From contig NC_088860.1 of NCBI RefSeq assembly GCF_963853765.1, forward strand, positions 13,330,001-13,394,000: a stretch of 64,000 nt of DNA. The letters are read 5' to 3'. Source of the DNA: Magallana gigas. Its lineage: Eukaryota. The position numbers were made by a program, and so were the translations under genes. The notes below the pieces were generated by a model, which ran no database searches, was not told the origin of the DNA, and was given only the letters and a program-made list of their open reading frames with translations. Positions 1 to 10,992 of the stretch are shown here, one piece after another. Positions within the stretch are counted from its first letter, which is position 1, and every line of letters starts with the position of its first letter.

Positions 1-1276
1 CAGATGAGGTAACTAACGATGACGTAAGTGAGAGTCCGGAAGATCCGGTGTTCCTTGCTGCTGGCCCTCGTCTTTTTCGTATTGTTTGAGGAATTGGACG
101 AGGTAGAAGCCGTCACAGAGGGCGACGCAGGCGCCATAGTAGACGTTATGAACGACACGGACGCCCCGACAGAGGACCCTTCTCTAAAACCAGGATCCAC
201 CATCAAGTGTGGACCTTTCACGGTGATAGTAGTTGGCTTGCCGCCGCCGCCGTTGTGAGATACGGTTTTGGACCTCTTCTTCATCACGGTGTATACTTTT
301 ATGTAAGCCACAACTACCAACAGACACGGGATGTAATGGCCGACGATATCGACAACGATGATGAACTCTCGGTTGTCGGACGGCTCCCAGATACACTTGT
401 CTACCTCCTGGTGCTTCAAGCGATCGCCGATGAATGGCGGCGTCCATATGACGAACACGCAGATCCTAAAATAGTAACAATGTACAATATGAAGGTTGCA
501 TTAACAATCTAAATAAGGATTTAACATTACCAGTAAGTGATGTATTCATTGTTTATCTTATTACATAAATCATATGTATAGAGTCATATTAAGAGCTGTA
601 AAAAAATAGATAATTAAAAAATCAGAATGCTATGATAATTTTTACCTTAATTTAACAGTTACTATGTTCGGCAAAATTATGTTGTGTTTTTAAAATACGT
701 GTGAAGATTGTCTCTTGCTTTGAGTTCTCAAGATATCCAACGTTACAAAATTGCAATAAATATATATCTATATATATATATTTTTAATTTCTATCATGAT
801 ACATGTATTTGGAAAGTAATAAAATATTGCACTATTCCGATGAAATTTCTAACTATATATACTATTGTTTAAAGTACTCACCAAATGATGGATAAAATGA
901 TCAGATTTTTCTTTTTGCCGTTCATGTTTTTGTACTGGACTGCCCAGGTCACTGACCAATAGCGGTCTAGAGATATAGCGACGATTGTAAAAACGCTGGC
1001 AAACGTCATAGCGTAGTCAATGTAAATCCAAAACCCGCAGACGATAACTCCAAACGGCCAGTACCCGAGAAGTGTGTCAATCGTATAAAAACTCATCGCA
1101 AACAGCGCCACCAAAAAATCTGTCACCGCCAAATTAACAATGAAGTAATTAAATGGCTGCCGGAGCCGGGAATCCAAGCCAAACGCAAGGAGCACCAGAC
1201 AGTTGCCGACGATGGTAACCATAACGATGATGCATAGCGTCAGCGTGATCAAGATGCTCTTTGGCGTGACCTCCAT
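1..1276 (-). CDS. Class A aminergic-type GPCR (histamine H3/muscarinic-like), 3' end outside the window
   Basis: Exon 1276-882 (MEVTPK...GN TM1, LAVTD TM2, C-x6-D TM3, DRY, SVTWAVQY) ends at a GTGAGT donor in phase 2. Exon 465-1 begins after TTTTAG and reads WICVFVIWTPPFIG...CIWEP...DIVGHYIP (TM5)...KEHRIFRTLTYVIVSYLI (TM6). The second exon is absent from the ORF track. Confidence 0.93.
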
Positions 1277-1735
1277 GATATGGGCTCTGTGGTGTAAGTC
1301 CAGGAGACAGACTCTTTTATATTCACAAACGATTGGAAAACAAACCACGTGCTCAATCCATCCTGTTTATTCCAATATTTTTTTTGATCACTATCTCTGT
1401 TTATGGGAATTTATTTATTGATATATTTTGTTTGAAGTACATATGTTACATGTAGATTATCCGATATATTAGATTTTTCCCAAGAAAATAATGCATTCAA
1501 TTTAAATACACCCATACCTATAAAGATAATATACAAATATTGTATATTTTATTAAAAAACTGACTTTGTGATTGTGTAAAGGCCAAGTGGTTTCTCAGTG
1601 CCAGTTGATAAAATAACACGTTATGTGTTCACCGTCCCAATGATACGGTGTCTAGAGTGAAACTAAGAATATGACAAACTTTGTTGAATTACCATCCTCT
1701 AAAAACAGCTCTTTCTTTGGTAGTTTATGTGGGTA

Positions 1736-1834
1736 TTGTCCTTTCTGATATGTATTATTTTTCAAATAATATCTGCAATAAAGTAGTCATATTGCAGATA
1801 TTATTTGAAAAATAATACATGTCAGAATGGACAG
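1736..1834. mobile_element. 99-bp palindromic mini-element flanked by TA (Tc1/mariner-type MITE-like)
   Basis: 45-bp arms (1736-1780 / 1790-1834) with 3 mismatches and a 9-nt loop; TA on both sides. Confidence 0.6.
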
Positions 1835-1900
1835 TATGAAGGAAGTGAACATTGCAGTAAAAAAAAAGTACGTACCCTGCGTCATGTCATGTTGTAAAGT

Positions 1901-1961
1901 TGTCATGTTGTAAATTTTGTATTTACTGCCACCCGGTAAATTCAAAATTTACAACATGACA
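1901..1961. repeat. 26-bp inverted repeat hairpin
   Basis: tgtcatgttgtaaattttgtatttac / gtaaattcaaaatttacaacatgaca, 1 mismatch, 9-nt loop; the first 14 bp are also duplicated just upstream. Confidence 0.8.
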
Positions 1962-2623
1962 GTCAGATTATGTATACTCATACGCGTAAAAATTATTAAT
2001 TTAAACGGTTAGATCATCATTTGTTTTTTCAGTGGCCATATCATATGTCAAAATAATCAAAGTACTCGGTAGATGTGCATGTTAATAGATCTATTGGCAT
2101 ATACATTACACAATTAACAATGCTAGCATTGAAATACTATGCGATTCGCTATTTCGATTTGGCATACACTGACTACAGGTCTCGGAGACATGCCATGATT
2201 CATCACCCAACTCATTTTTACAAGTTAAGCTGCTTCCATATCAAACGACTGGTTCAATCTATGGTTCAGACCTGGGGATACCTGTCCCTTTGATGACTTT
2301 CGTCAACATTTATCACTTTATTCCTTTCTAAGCTCTTGGTCTTTTGTCAGTTCTGAGGAATACCATACACCACGCCATTAACATGTAAACGAACAAAACC
2401 ACATTTCACCTGGCTTGAATGTATGCACTTTTAGGTCAGATGGTATTGTAAATGAGGTACGCTACATCGAAAAACCAAATCGGCATTGATATGCGTGTAC
2501 AGTCTTGCCTAGATGACCGAGTGGTTAGCGCGGTGGACGCTCACTGCTAGGAGAGTTGGGGCGGAGGTGGAGCTCCAATATAGCGAATTTACCAATGCTT
2601 CATGTGTGAATCTATATATATCT

Positions 2624-2949
2624 CAGGAACGTAGCATCGGGGGGGGGGGGGGGGGGGGGGGTGCACTTTTTTGCGCAGCAAAGATTTTTCTTAAATTAAC
2701 ATACAAAAAATTGAATTCAGATAGAATGCCCCACCCCCCCCCCCCCCACCCCCCCCATTTTCTGTGACCATGAAAAAATTGAATTGGAAATAAACAAATA
2801 AACAGTGAAATTGAAGTTAAAAGCATACCTACAAACAGTTAAAAGTATACCTACTGCCCCCTCCCCCTTTTTTTTGCTTGTCAAGATTTTTTGGACGAGT
2901 CTGCCCCCCCCCCCCACCCCACACTTTCAAAAACGATGCTACGTGCCTG
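2624..2949. mobile_element. G-tract MITE, CAGGCACGTAGCATC-type TIR, 5-bp TSD
   Basis: Ends caggaacgtagcatc ... gatgctacgtgcctg; TATCT on both flanks; homologous to 27714-28088. Confidence 0.85.
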
Positions 2950-3379
2950 TATCTCGAAAATGTTCCATTTTGACCAGTAGCTATATTGCATGGATTTGTC
3001 CCTGTAAATCAGTGCTTATTTCAGAATGGAAAGTACACTCAGATGTTAACACAATATCAATCTCTACACGTATTTTAACTTTAGACGTAGAATACAGATT
3101 CTCGCAATGTGGTTTAGTCTGATGTTTAATCTACCTAAAAGTTGTGAATTTATTTTTCACGTTTTACAAGCACACGTGAGAATAAGATTATAAAAAAATT
3201 CTATATTTGGACCCTGTATTAATGGTTGCATTTTGTTGGTGTGATTCAGTTTGGTCCGACTAAAGGAAGAAGAATGATAGGAATGAACCACGCACGTAAA
3301 AAGCTCATTCCCGCATAAATTTTACACCCGTAAAGTACTAAATTTTCACCGATTTTCAACAATTACAGGTTTTTCTAAA

Positions 3380-3598
3380 GGAGTATACCTTTAAATTCAA
3401 TTTCACTGTTTATTTCCTTATTTTCAATTCCATTATTTACATGGTCCCATAAAATTGGGGGGGGGGGGGGCAACTCAATGTGAATACAATTTTTTGTATG
3501 TATTGTAAATTTAAGAAAAGTCTTTACTGCGCTAAAAAAGGGGGAAAGCCCCCCCCCCCCCCCCCCCCCCCCCCGACCCCCCTGATGCTACGTGCCTT
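3380..3598. mobile_element. Truncated copy of the same MITE in the opposite orientation
   Basis: Ends gatgctacgtgcctt and is the reverse complement of about 2624-2830. Confidence 0.75.
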
Positions 3599-3863
3599 TA
3601 TCACGTTGTCACCTAGATAGACTGCAGTATCCCCACCCCTACCCGGTGAAAACATTTTGTTTTGCATATTTTACCCCAAATTTCACAGATAGTAAATGTA
3701 TATGTATCTTATTTTAGCCTCACATTTTAACTTATGACAATAAAACAGAGAATGAAATTAGTGTGATTTTTAATTATTTCGGATTTTTCAAATTTAACCT
3801 AAATTGCCCCCGTCTTAGCCTACGATGACTACTTCCTATTGTAAATTTCATGCAGACGACGCA

Positions 3864-4147
3864 ATGGATGACACGAACTCTATTTATTTTGGTAAATGTT
3901 TTCATACAGTTTGAATTGAAAAAAATTACATGGGTATCAATTCTAAATGGCTTGTATTATAAACCAGATATTCTTTTTCCAACAGAAATTATATCTAAGT
4001 AAGAATTTTTTCCAACTTCTTTTCTTATTTATTTATCTCGTGTTGTTTTGTTAATGTTGTTGTTTATACTAAGAAATAATTCTTATTCTTTTTTTACCTT
4101 AAGTTTGTTAATATTGTAATTAAAGAATATGATCTTTATAATGATGA

Positions 4148-4217
<70 letters not shown>

Positions 4218-7200
4218 ACATATGAAAGGTTAAAATATCATGGTATTGATGTCTCTAAAAACTCAGCAAACTTTTACTTTGATAACCTTTTTTACCAACA
4301 TAAACAGTCTTGAGAGAACACTTGCTGAGGGAAGGAAATCTTCTAATGTCGATATCCAGGCGATGTATCAGTCGATATCTAAATGTCGGGGTCTCGTCCA
4401 GCAGCTCAATAGAGCGGAAACCGATCCTTTTTATAAGGTAATTACCAGTAGGCTACATGACGTAACACATTCTATCCTACATATTTGAAAGTCCAAATCA
4501 GTTTTAAAGAACCTGGTTTTTTATAGATATTTTTTGTCATTAATTTTTGTTATTAATAGTTCTTTGTTTTTCTTTGTGTTGTTTATTTTTTTATCATCAT
4601 CATTATATGTTTTGTTCATTTAGAATTTAATATTGCGATTGGAGGAAACTTTAACAAATCAAACGAATATTCTACAAGCAAAAATTGAACAACTCAACGG
4701 CAAAAAGATCCAAATGACCCAAGGTTTGATATAAATATTGAAATATCAGCTATTATTGTCATTTCTTTCAATATTGCATTTAATACATCAAGAAAAAAGA
4801 CAATTGATTCAATTCTCTAATACATTATAGGTGACCCACAACAAAGAGTAAGGCGTAATGCTATTGAAGACACGATTATTACAAAAGGAGGAATCAAGTT
4901 TCAGGATATTGCAGGATTAAATGATGCGAAAGAAGCTCTACGAGAAGCCATCATAATTCCTTTATTGTTCCCTCACCTGTTTACAGGTTATACATCTCGA
5001 ACATAATACCGTGACATTGATTCGACTAGTGGAACTTTTAGTCAGTATCAGTGATAAACGAGAGGATTGTGCGGAAAGTAATAGCGATAAATCATAGCCT
5101 TGTTACGAGGCGGAGGGAAAATCGTAGTAGCAACCGGTGATCACTTTAGGGAGGCTTATGGTGTCCGGATAGGGCCATTTGCGTTAGCGCGACATCGCGT
5201 TCAGATAAACGAGACATCGCGCTAACACACAACACGCCGTCGCGCTAACACACAACACGCCGTCGCGCTAACACACAACACGCCGTCGCGCTAACACAAC
5301 TTTGCACAACACGCTGTCGCGCTAACACACAACACGCCGTCGCGCTAACACAACTTTGCACAACACGCTGTCGCGCTAACACACAACACGCCGCCGCGCT
5401 AACACAACTTTGCACAACACGCCGTCGCGCTAACGCAACTTTGCAAGTTTCACAGTCAAGTAGGAAGTCGTGTCCGGAAATATCAGACTGCGCATGCTGA
5501 AATGTGTAGGCCTGCACGCAAGCATGGATTAAAAATAAATAAAAAGTACTTTGAAATATACGAGGGTCAATAAAAAATACGAAGACAATGTGACTGTCTA
5601 TCACATTTTTTTCATGAAAGTCATACTTAACAGATTAATCTGTGCATCAACACTTATGTCATTGATATGCGAAGTTTAAGTCCATTTGATGAAACGGTAT
5701 TTTTGTTACCCCTTTTTAAAAACAACATGTTTTGTCACCACGCCGCACGGTAACGTTCAAAATATGACGTCAAGATTAAACACGCACAGTTTATAGATAT
5801 ACCCCATCTTTATATCACGCTTAGTCTCTTGTGCCTTTCTCCTTACAATTTAAAATGGCACTGAACCACTTTACATCTTATTTTCACACATTTGTTCGAG
5901 AATCATAAGTAAGTTCTTCAAAGTTTTCATTTTCTAACCGTGTATCTCTTAGTTTACAGTAAGGATAACCCTGAACGTCGGTTGACGTTACTTATTTTTT
6001 GACCAAATATTTACAGATAGTCTACTCTCTCTCGGACTGGTTTATATTCAAAATACAATTACCACCACCCCCACAAAATTTATTACAGTTTAAACACAAA
6101 CTTGCTAATAATTGTTGACTTATTTTTTGCACCATTGAGCATTTTTACAACTTGTATCGTTTGTACTTCTCGTTGCGCCGTGACGTCCGGCGACGTCGAT
6201 GTTTTTAGTCTACTCTAAAGAGGACTACCTGTCTTAGTTACAAATATCTGTTCGACAAAACAATATATCCCGTCATTATTTGGAACATGGAATTTCATTA
6301 CTATACTTAATGTGAGGTTTCAATATTATTTGGTTTTAAGCCCAATTTAAAGAGGTATTACTTTCAACATTATATGGTTTATTGTTGACATAACACCAAT
6401 GTTGACCGCGCGCCGTGACCTCATTTTTGCAGGATTTTATTCTAATTTGATTTGTAACTATTTCAAAGTACATTTTATTTATTTTTCATCCATGCTTGCA
6501 TGCAGGCCTACAGATTTCAGCATGCGCAGTATAATATTTCCGGACACGACTTCCTACTAGACTGTGAAACTTGCAAAGTTGCGTTAGCGCGACGGCGTGT
6601 TGTGCAAAGTTGTGTTAGCGCGACGGCGTGTTGTGCAAAGTTGTGTTAGCGCAACGGCGTGTTTTATGTTAGCGCGACGGCGTGTTGCGTGTTAGCGCGA
6701 TGGCATGTTGTGCAAAGTTGTGTTAGCGCGAATGCGTGTTGTGCAAAGTTGTGTTAGCGCGACGGCGTGTTGTGCAAAGTTGCGTTAGCGCGACGGCGTG
6801 TTGTGTGTTAGCGCGATGTCTCGTTTATCTGAACGCGATGTCGCGCTAACGCAAATGGCCCTATCCGGACACCATAGGGGCTGGATGTGAACTAATTACA
6901 AATCTTTTAAATATATTTTTTTGAGTCATTAACTTTTTACTGGTATTTAAAAAAGAAAAGTTTTTGCTAGCTTTGTTGTCAAAGTTTTTTTTCATTAAAT
7001 AGTTTTGTGTTTATTTTTTTCGCGGAGGATCATTTACTTATAAATGGCCTTGACTTTCCATATTTAACCATGTGATTTTGGTGCTCTAAACCTACTTGAT
7101 GCTCAAATTTTGATAATATTTATAGTTTATATTTTAGCATATATACGTATATATACGTTTATGAAATACCATGGTAATGAATTCATGAATAGATACACAC

Positions 7201-7735
7201 TGGCGTCGGAAGCAAATTGAAAGTGGGGGGGGGGGGGGGCTAGACTAATCCTGCGAGAAAAAGTGGGGGGGGGGGCTGAACCCTCTATCATGCTATGTTT
7301 ATAATGGTTAGGTATAACTTTGCAAGAAAAGTGGGGGGGGCTAAGCCCCCCCCCCCCCCCCCTCGCCCCCCCCCCCCGGTTCCGACGCCTATGATACATA
7401 CTTAGGTAATACCCTGTGTGTAAGATATGACATTTTCTTAAAATATGGAATACATTTTTGGATAGATGATTTATTATTATTACTACTCTTTAAGTATCAC
7501 ATCATAAAAATGCTGTGCGGAAATTTTATCTTTAACAGAACAGCAATTAATTACAAGGGGATGCAGATTTACATGTATTCATGCGCAATTATTTTCATCA
7601 ATGATAATCGTTTCAGTGAATAAGCATTTTGTCAACTGATTTCTCTTTTTAATATCACAAAATTCTAGACTGCAGAATTTGCTAAAATGCAATTTTTAAA
7701 TTTTTAAAAGTGTGGATTCTTCAAAGAGAAAATCT

Positions 7736-7790
<55 letters not shown>

Positions 7791-10128
7791 GTTCCCTGAC
7801 TCTGTGAGTCTGTTACAGGGAGTATAAAGCCCTGGAAGAGGATCCTGCTGTACGGACCCCCGGGCACGGGAAAGTCCCGCCTGGCCCAGGCCGTCTCCTC
7901 GGAGATCAAGTCCACCTTCTACTGTGTCTCTAGCTCTGATCTTGTGTCCAGCTGGGTCGGAGAGAGTGAGAAGTAAGGCACTTCTATGCATTTATAAAGT
8001 ATCCAATCTTAATTGAAATGATTTTGAAGAACCGCATTTTTTACGTGTAATTTAATGATGCTCTGTCTGAAAAGCACAGGGAATACACAGTTGTGATTTG
8101 CTGACTTCACTAACAAAAAAAATCATTTTCATAGAATATTTTTTGGTACATGTATAAACTTAAAAGTCATTAATAACATATTCTTATAGAGGATGGTTTA
8201 AAAGTAAGGGGGAAATCTAACGAAATACTAGTATTTTGTCCCGTATTCTATTTTTCCTGGGGTATTATTCTAGTCTTTTTATTGATTGGCTTTTGCTGTG
8301 ACGTTGTAAATTTATCGTTTGTTCAGCATTGACGCAATGATCATCTTTCAATAATTTATGATTTTCGTAGGTTGATTAAGGAATTGTTTCATCATGCAAC
8401 GAAACAAACAGGCCGGTCTGTGAGTGCTCATCTTTTTTTTTTTTTCGATACAATTATTGTAAATCTTTCATGCTAGTAATTCCCTCACTTGAATTAGTTA
8501 TGTAAAATTTCTATTAAGGGAAGTTTATTAAAGTTAAATACTAGTACTTATACTAGAAAACTATTCAAAAACATTCAATTATGTTTTGATAAGACAGGAA
8601 TTCGGAAAATTTTGATTTAGTGTATTATGCTACGATTCTTATATTGTAAATTTTTATTTTACTGGGTGGGTAATTTTTTTATTAACACTAACCAAGTAAA
8701 TTTAAAAAATTTACAATAGACACCCTTTACCTGTTGTTGACAGGTGGTCTTTATCGATGAGATAGACAGTATCTGTAGACAGCGGAGTTCCCGAGAGGAG
8801 GAGTATAGCCGGCGGATCAAGACGGAACTGCTGAAACAGATGGAGGGGGCGGACACGGCGCACCTGTCCGACAAGATCTTCCTCCTGTGTGCCACTAACT
8901 GTCCCTGGGAACTCGACTCTGCCTTCCTAAGGAGATTCCAGAAACGAATTTTTATTCCGCTCCCGGATAAGTAAATATTGCACCAATTATTTTGTTGATC
9001 TAGAAATGCATTATATGAGTATCTAATTATATATTTAATTATATATAAATAATATATATATAATTTAATATATATATTTATAAAATAGTTAAGACAAACA
9101 AATTTAGTGTATAAAAACCATATTAACTATAATATGGTTTTTATACAGAAGGATGAGTTTTAGACTGTTGTCTTAGTTGATGTTTAAAATTAAGCTCGTA
9201 TTTTCATATTTTTTGTTAAATCAATTTTTTTTACTAATGTATATCTTTCGATGTATTATCTTTTCGATCAAATTTCGTATTAATCAAAAACATTCCTATC
9301 ATTTTAATCTAACTGTCAGCCTCTCAATGTGCGTTTCAGTGATAAATGGCAAATGTTCATACTTTACAGTAATAATAATTTATGTATACATTATTCATCA
9401 TAGGAAAGCTCGCATCGAGTTGATGAAAATCCACACCAAGGACAACAAGATCGTGATGTCTGAAGAAGACTGGACGGTGCTGGGGGAGCAGACAGAGGGC
9501 TATTCCGGAAGTGACCTCGCCAATCTGACCTTGGAGTCGCTGTTTTGTCCAATCAGAGAGCTTCAGACATCCAAAAAATGGAAACAGAAAGGTAGAACAT
9601 CCTTAGTAGAGAATGCGAGAATGCTAAAAAAAATCTGTATGCAATTCTAGTTCGTAATTATCATAATAAAAGTTTATGTAAAACGTTATTGTCAGAGTAT
9701 TTTATGATAAAAAGATTTTATGATGGGACTAATACTTCATTTCGTTCCTTGTTCAATCAACATAATGAATCTGGAGAAATTTTATAACGTTTTGATGTAC
9801 TGTGTATTGATAACAAAACCGACCATGCTCTCTATAGATGATCAGTTTGTTCCGTGTAAGGAGGATGAAGACGCAGATCTGAAGGCTTCCATTGTGGAGA
9901 TACCCGCGGACAAGGTCAGAACCAAGAACTAGACAGCTTTTGTTGCAATAGGGCGATTGAGGACAATGTTTATGTATTTTACTGATTGTCATTTTCTCCT
10001 AGGTTCGTCCGCGTGAGGTTACACTCAACGACTTTCTGTCCGCTTTGAAAACGCATAGAAAAACAGTTACCCAGGAGGAGATACAGAAGTTTGAAAATTT
10101 CACGAGGTCAATGGGCGAACAAGGATAA
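3864..10128 (+). CDS. VPS4-like AAA+ ATPase (divergent paralogue), 415 aa
   Basis: Exons 3864-3891, 3986-3998, 4308-4437, 4624-4723, 4831-4986, 7819-7972, 8371-8419, 8744-8970, 9404-9591, 9838-9914, 10003-10128 sum to 1248 nt in frame. Motifs: [30 protein letters not shown], Walker [24 protein letters not shown], Walker [39 protein letters not shown]-terminus [12 protein letters not shown]. The first two exons are less certain. Confidence 0.88.
4153..4214. repeat. (CT)n microsatellite
   Basis: Pure TC run in intron 2. Confidence 0.97.
5157..6876. mobile_element. Foldback-type element with long modular inverted arms, in intron 5 of the AAA ATPase
   Basis: Arms 5157-5558 and 6459-6876 are reverse complements (tatggtgtccggatagggcc...). 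Each holds eight 23- or 31-bp subrepeats with core tcgcgctaac. Confidence 0.9.
7198..7393. mobile_element. G-tract MITE, CA(C/T)(T/A)GGCGTCGGAA-type TIR, 5-bp TSD
   Basis: cactggcgtcggaa ... ttccgacgcctatg; ATACA on both flanks. Confidence 0.85.
7738..7788. repeat. (CT)n microsatellite upstream of the exon 6 acceptor
   Basis: Pure TC run. Confidence 0.97.
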
Positions 10129-10956
10129 GCCAGTCATCGTGCTTTGAGTTAAAGAATAAAGGAGTTCACAAATTATAGATCTGCTTTGATAAAAAACACA
10201 ATGAAATCATTGTCATTAATACTCAGTCTTTTTGGAAATGAAGTCGAATGCAGTATATGTCATAAAAGGAAAGACTCAGACAAAAATGATATTAAGTTTT
10301 TGTTATTGACCAAAAGAAAAAAAAAAGATTTTTAATTTCACGTATCGTTTTACCTTTAATACGCCATCAATCTATCACAATACACAGTAGGTACTTGTAA
10401 TGACCTGCAGTGACACAGATTCTCTTGAATGGCATTTGTGATTGAAATTTAAGTTGCACCTGCTCGAGAAAACAAATTATCACATGGAACTTTGGAAATT
10501 AGAATTGCTATTTAATTTCCCATCGCATTATTTACATACTCGTATGAAGTTAATGCAATTTTAGCGGCGAAATCGACCCCCCCCCCCCCAAAAAAAAATC
10601 ATTGCTTATTAAATGTAATTATCAAATATTAGATGTTAGTCTAACATTTAATTTGTTAACCAATCTTTAAGTTCATGTATAATCCTTACATTGTCGTACA
10701 TATACTACTTATTGAATGAAAAGTGGAGGATAGGTGCAGGGTGGACATGCGGAAGTGCCCTGGGATCATCTACAATAACCATAATCATTTATAATAATAA
10801 TAAATCAGTGGTCAATATATAATGAAATCTCTGTCAGATAACTGGACCAAAATCGCGGGGTTTTTTCAGATCAGTTTGCACATTTGCTCTATTAATTCAC
10901 TGATGAATTGACGCGCTTGATTTTTAGCTAACATGTGTATATTAAATCACAACATA

Positions 10957-10992
10957 CCCAGGTAAGCGTTAAGACCCACGGGTCTCTTGTTT
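10957..10992 (-). repeat. Short remnant of a dispersed repeat end (Helentron/HINE-like terminus)
   Basis: Reverse strand aacaagagacccgtgggtcttaacgcttacctggg resembles aataaagaggcctatgggccacattgctcacataag near 11836-11871. Family assignment is from memory of bivalve repeats. Confidence 0.4.

Noticed and set aside
28-512. ORFs 28-258 (+), 207-512 (+), 184-447 (-)
   Set aside because: Shadow frames of GPCR exon 2, which has clear TM5/TM6 motifs in another minus-strand frame.
2515-2600. tRNA-like segments (also 29740-29800, 46585-46665, 51930-51990)
   Set aside because: Only A- or B-box-like fragments without a full cloverleaf, embedded in repeats; not called as tRNA genes.
2513-3122. Poly-Gly/poly-Pro ORFs here and at 7127, 18947-19250, 27776-28151, 30715
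   Set aside because: They arise from G/C homopolymer tracts inside MITEs.
5245-5604. Repetitive Cys/Val/Arg ORF ([18 protein letters not shown])n
   Set aside because: It is a translation of the foldback subrepeats, with no gene context.
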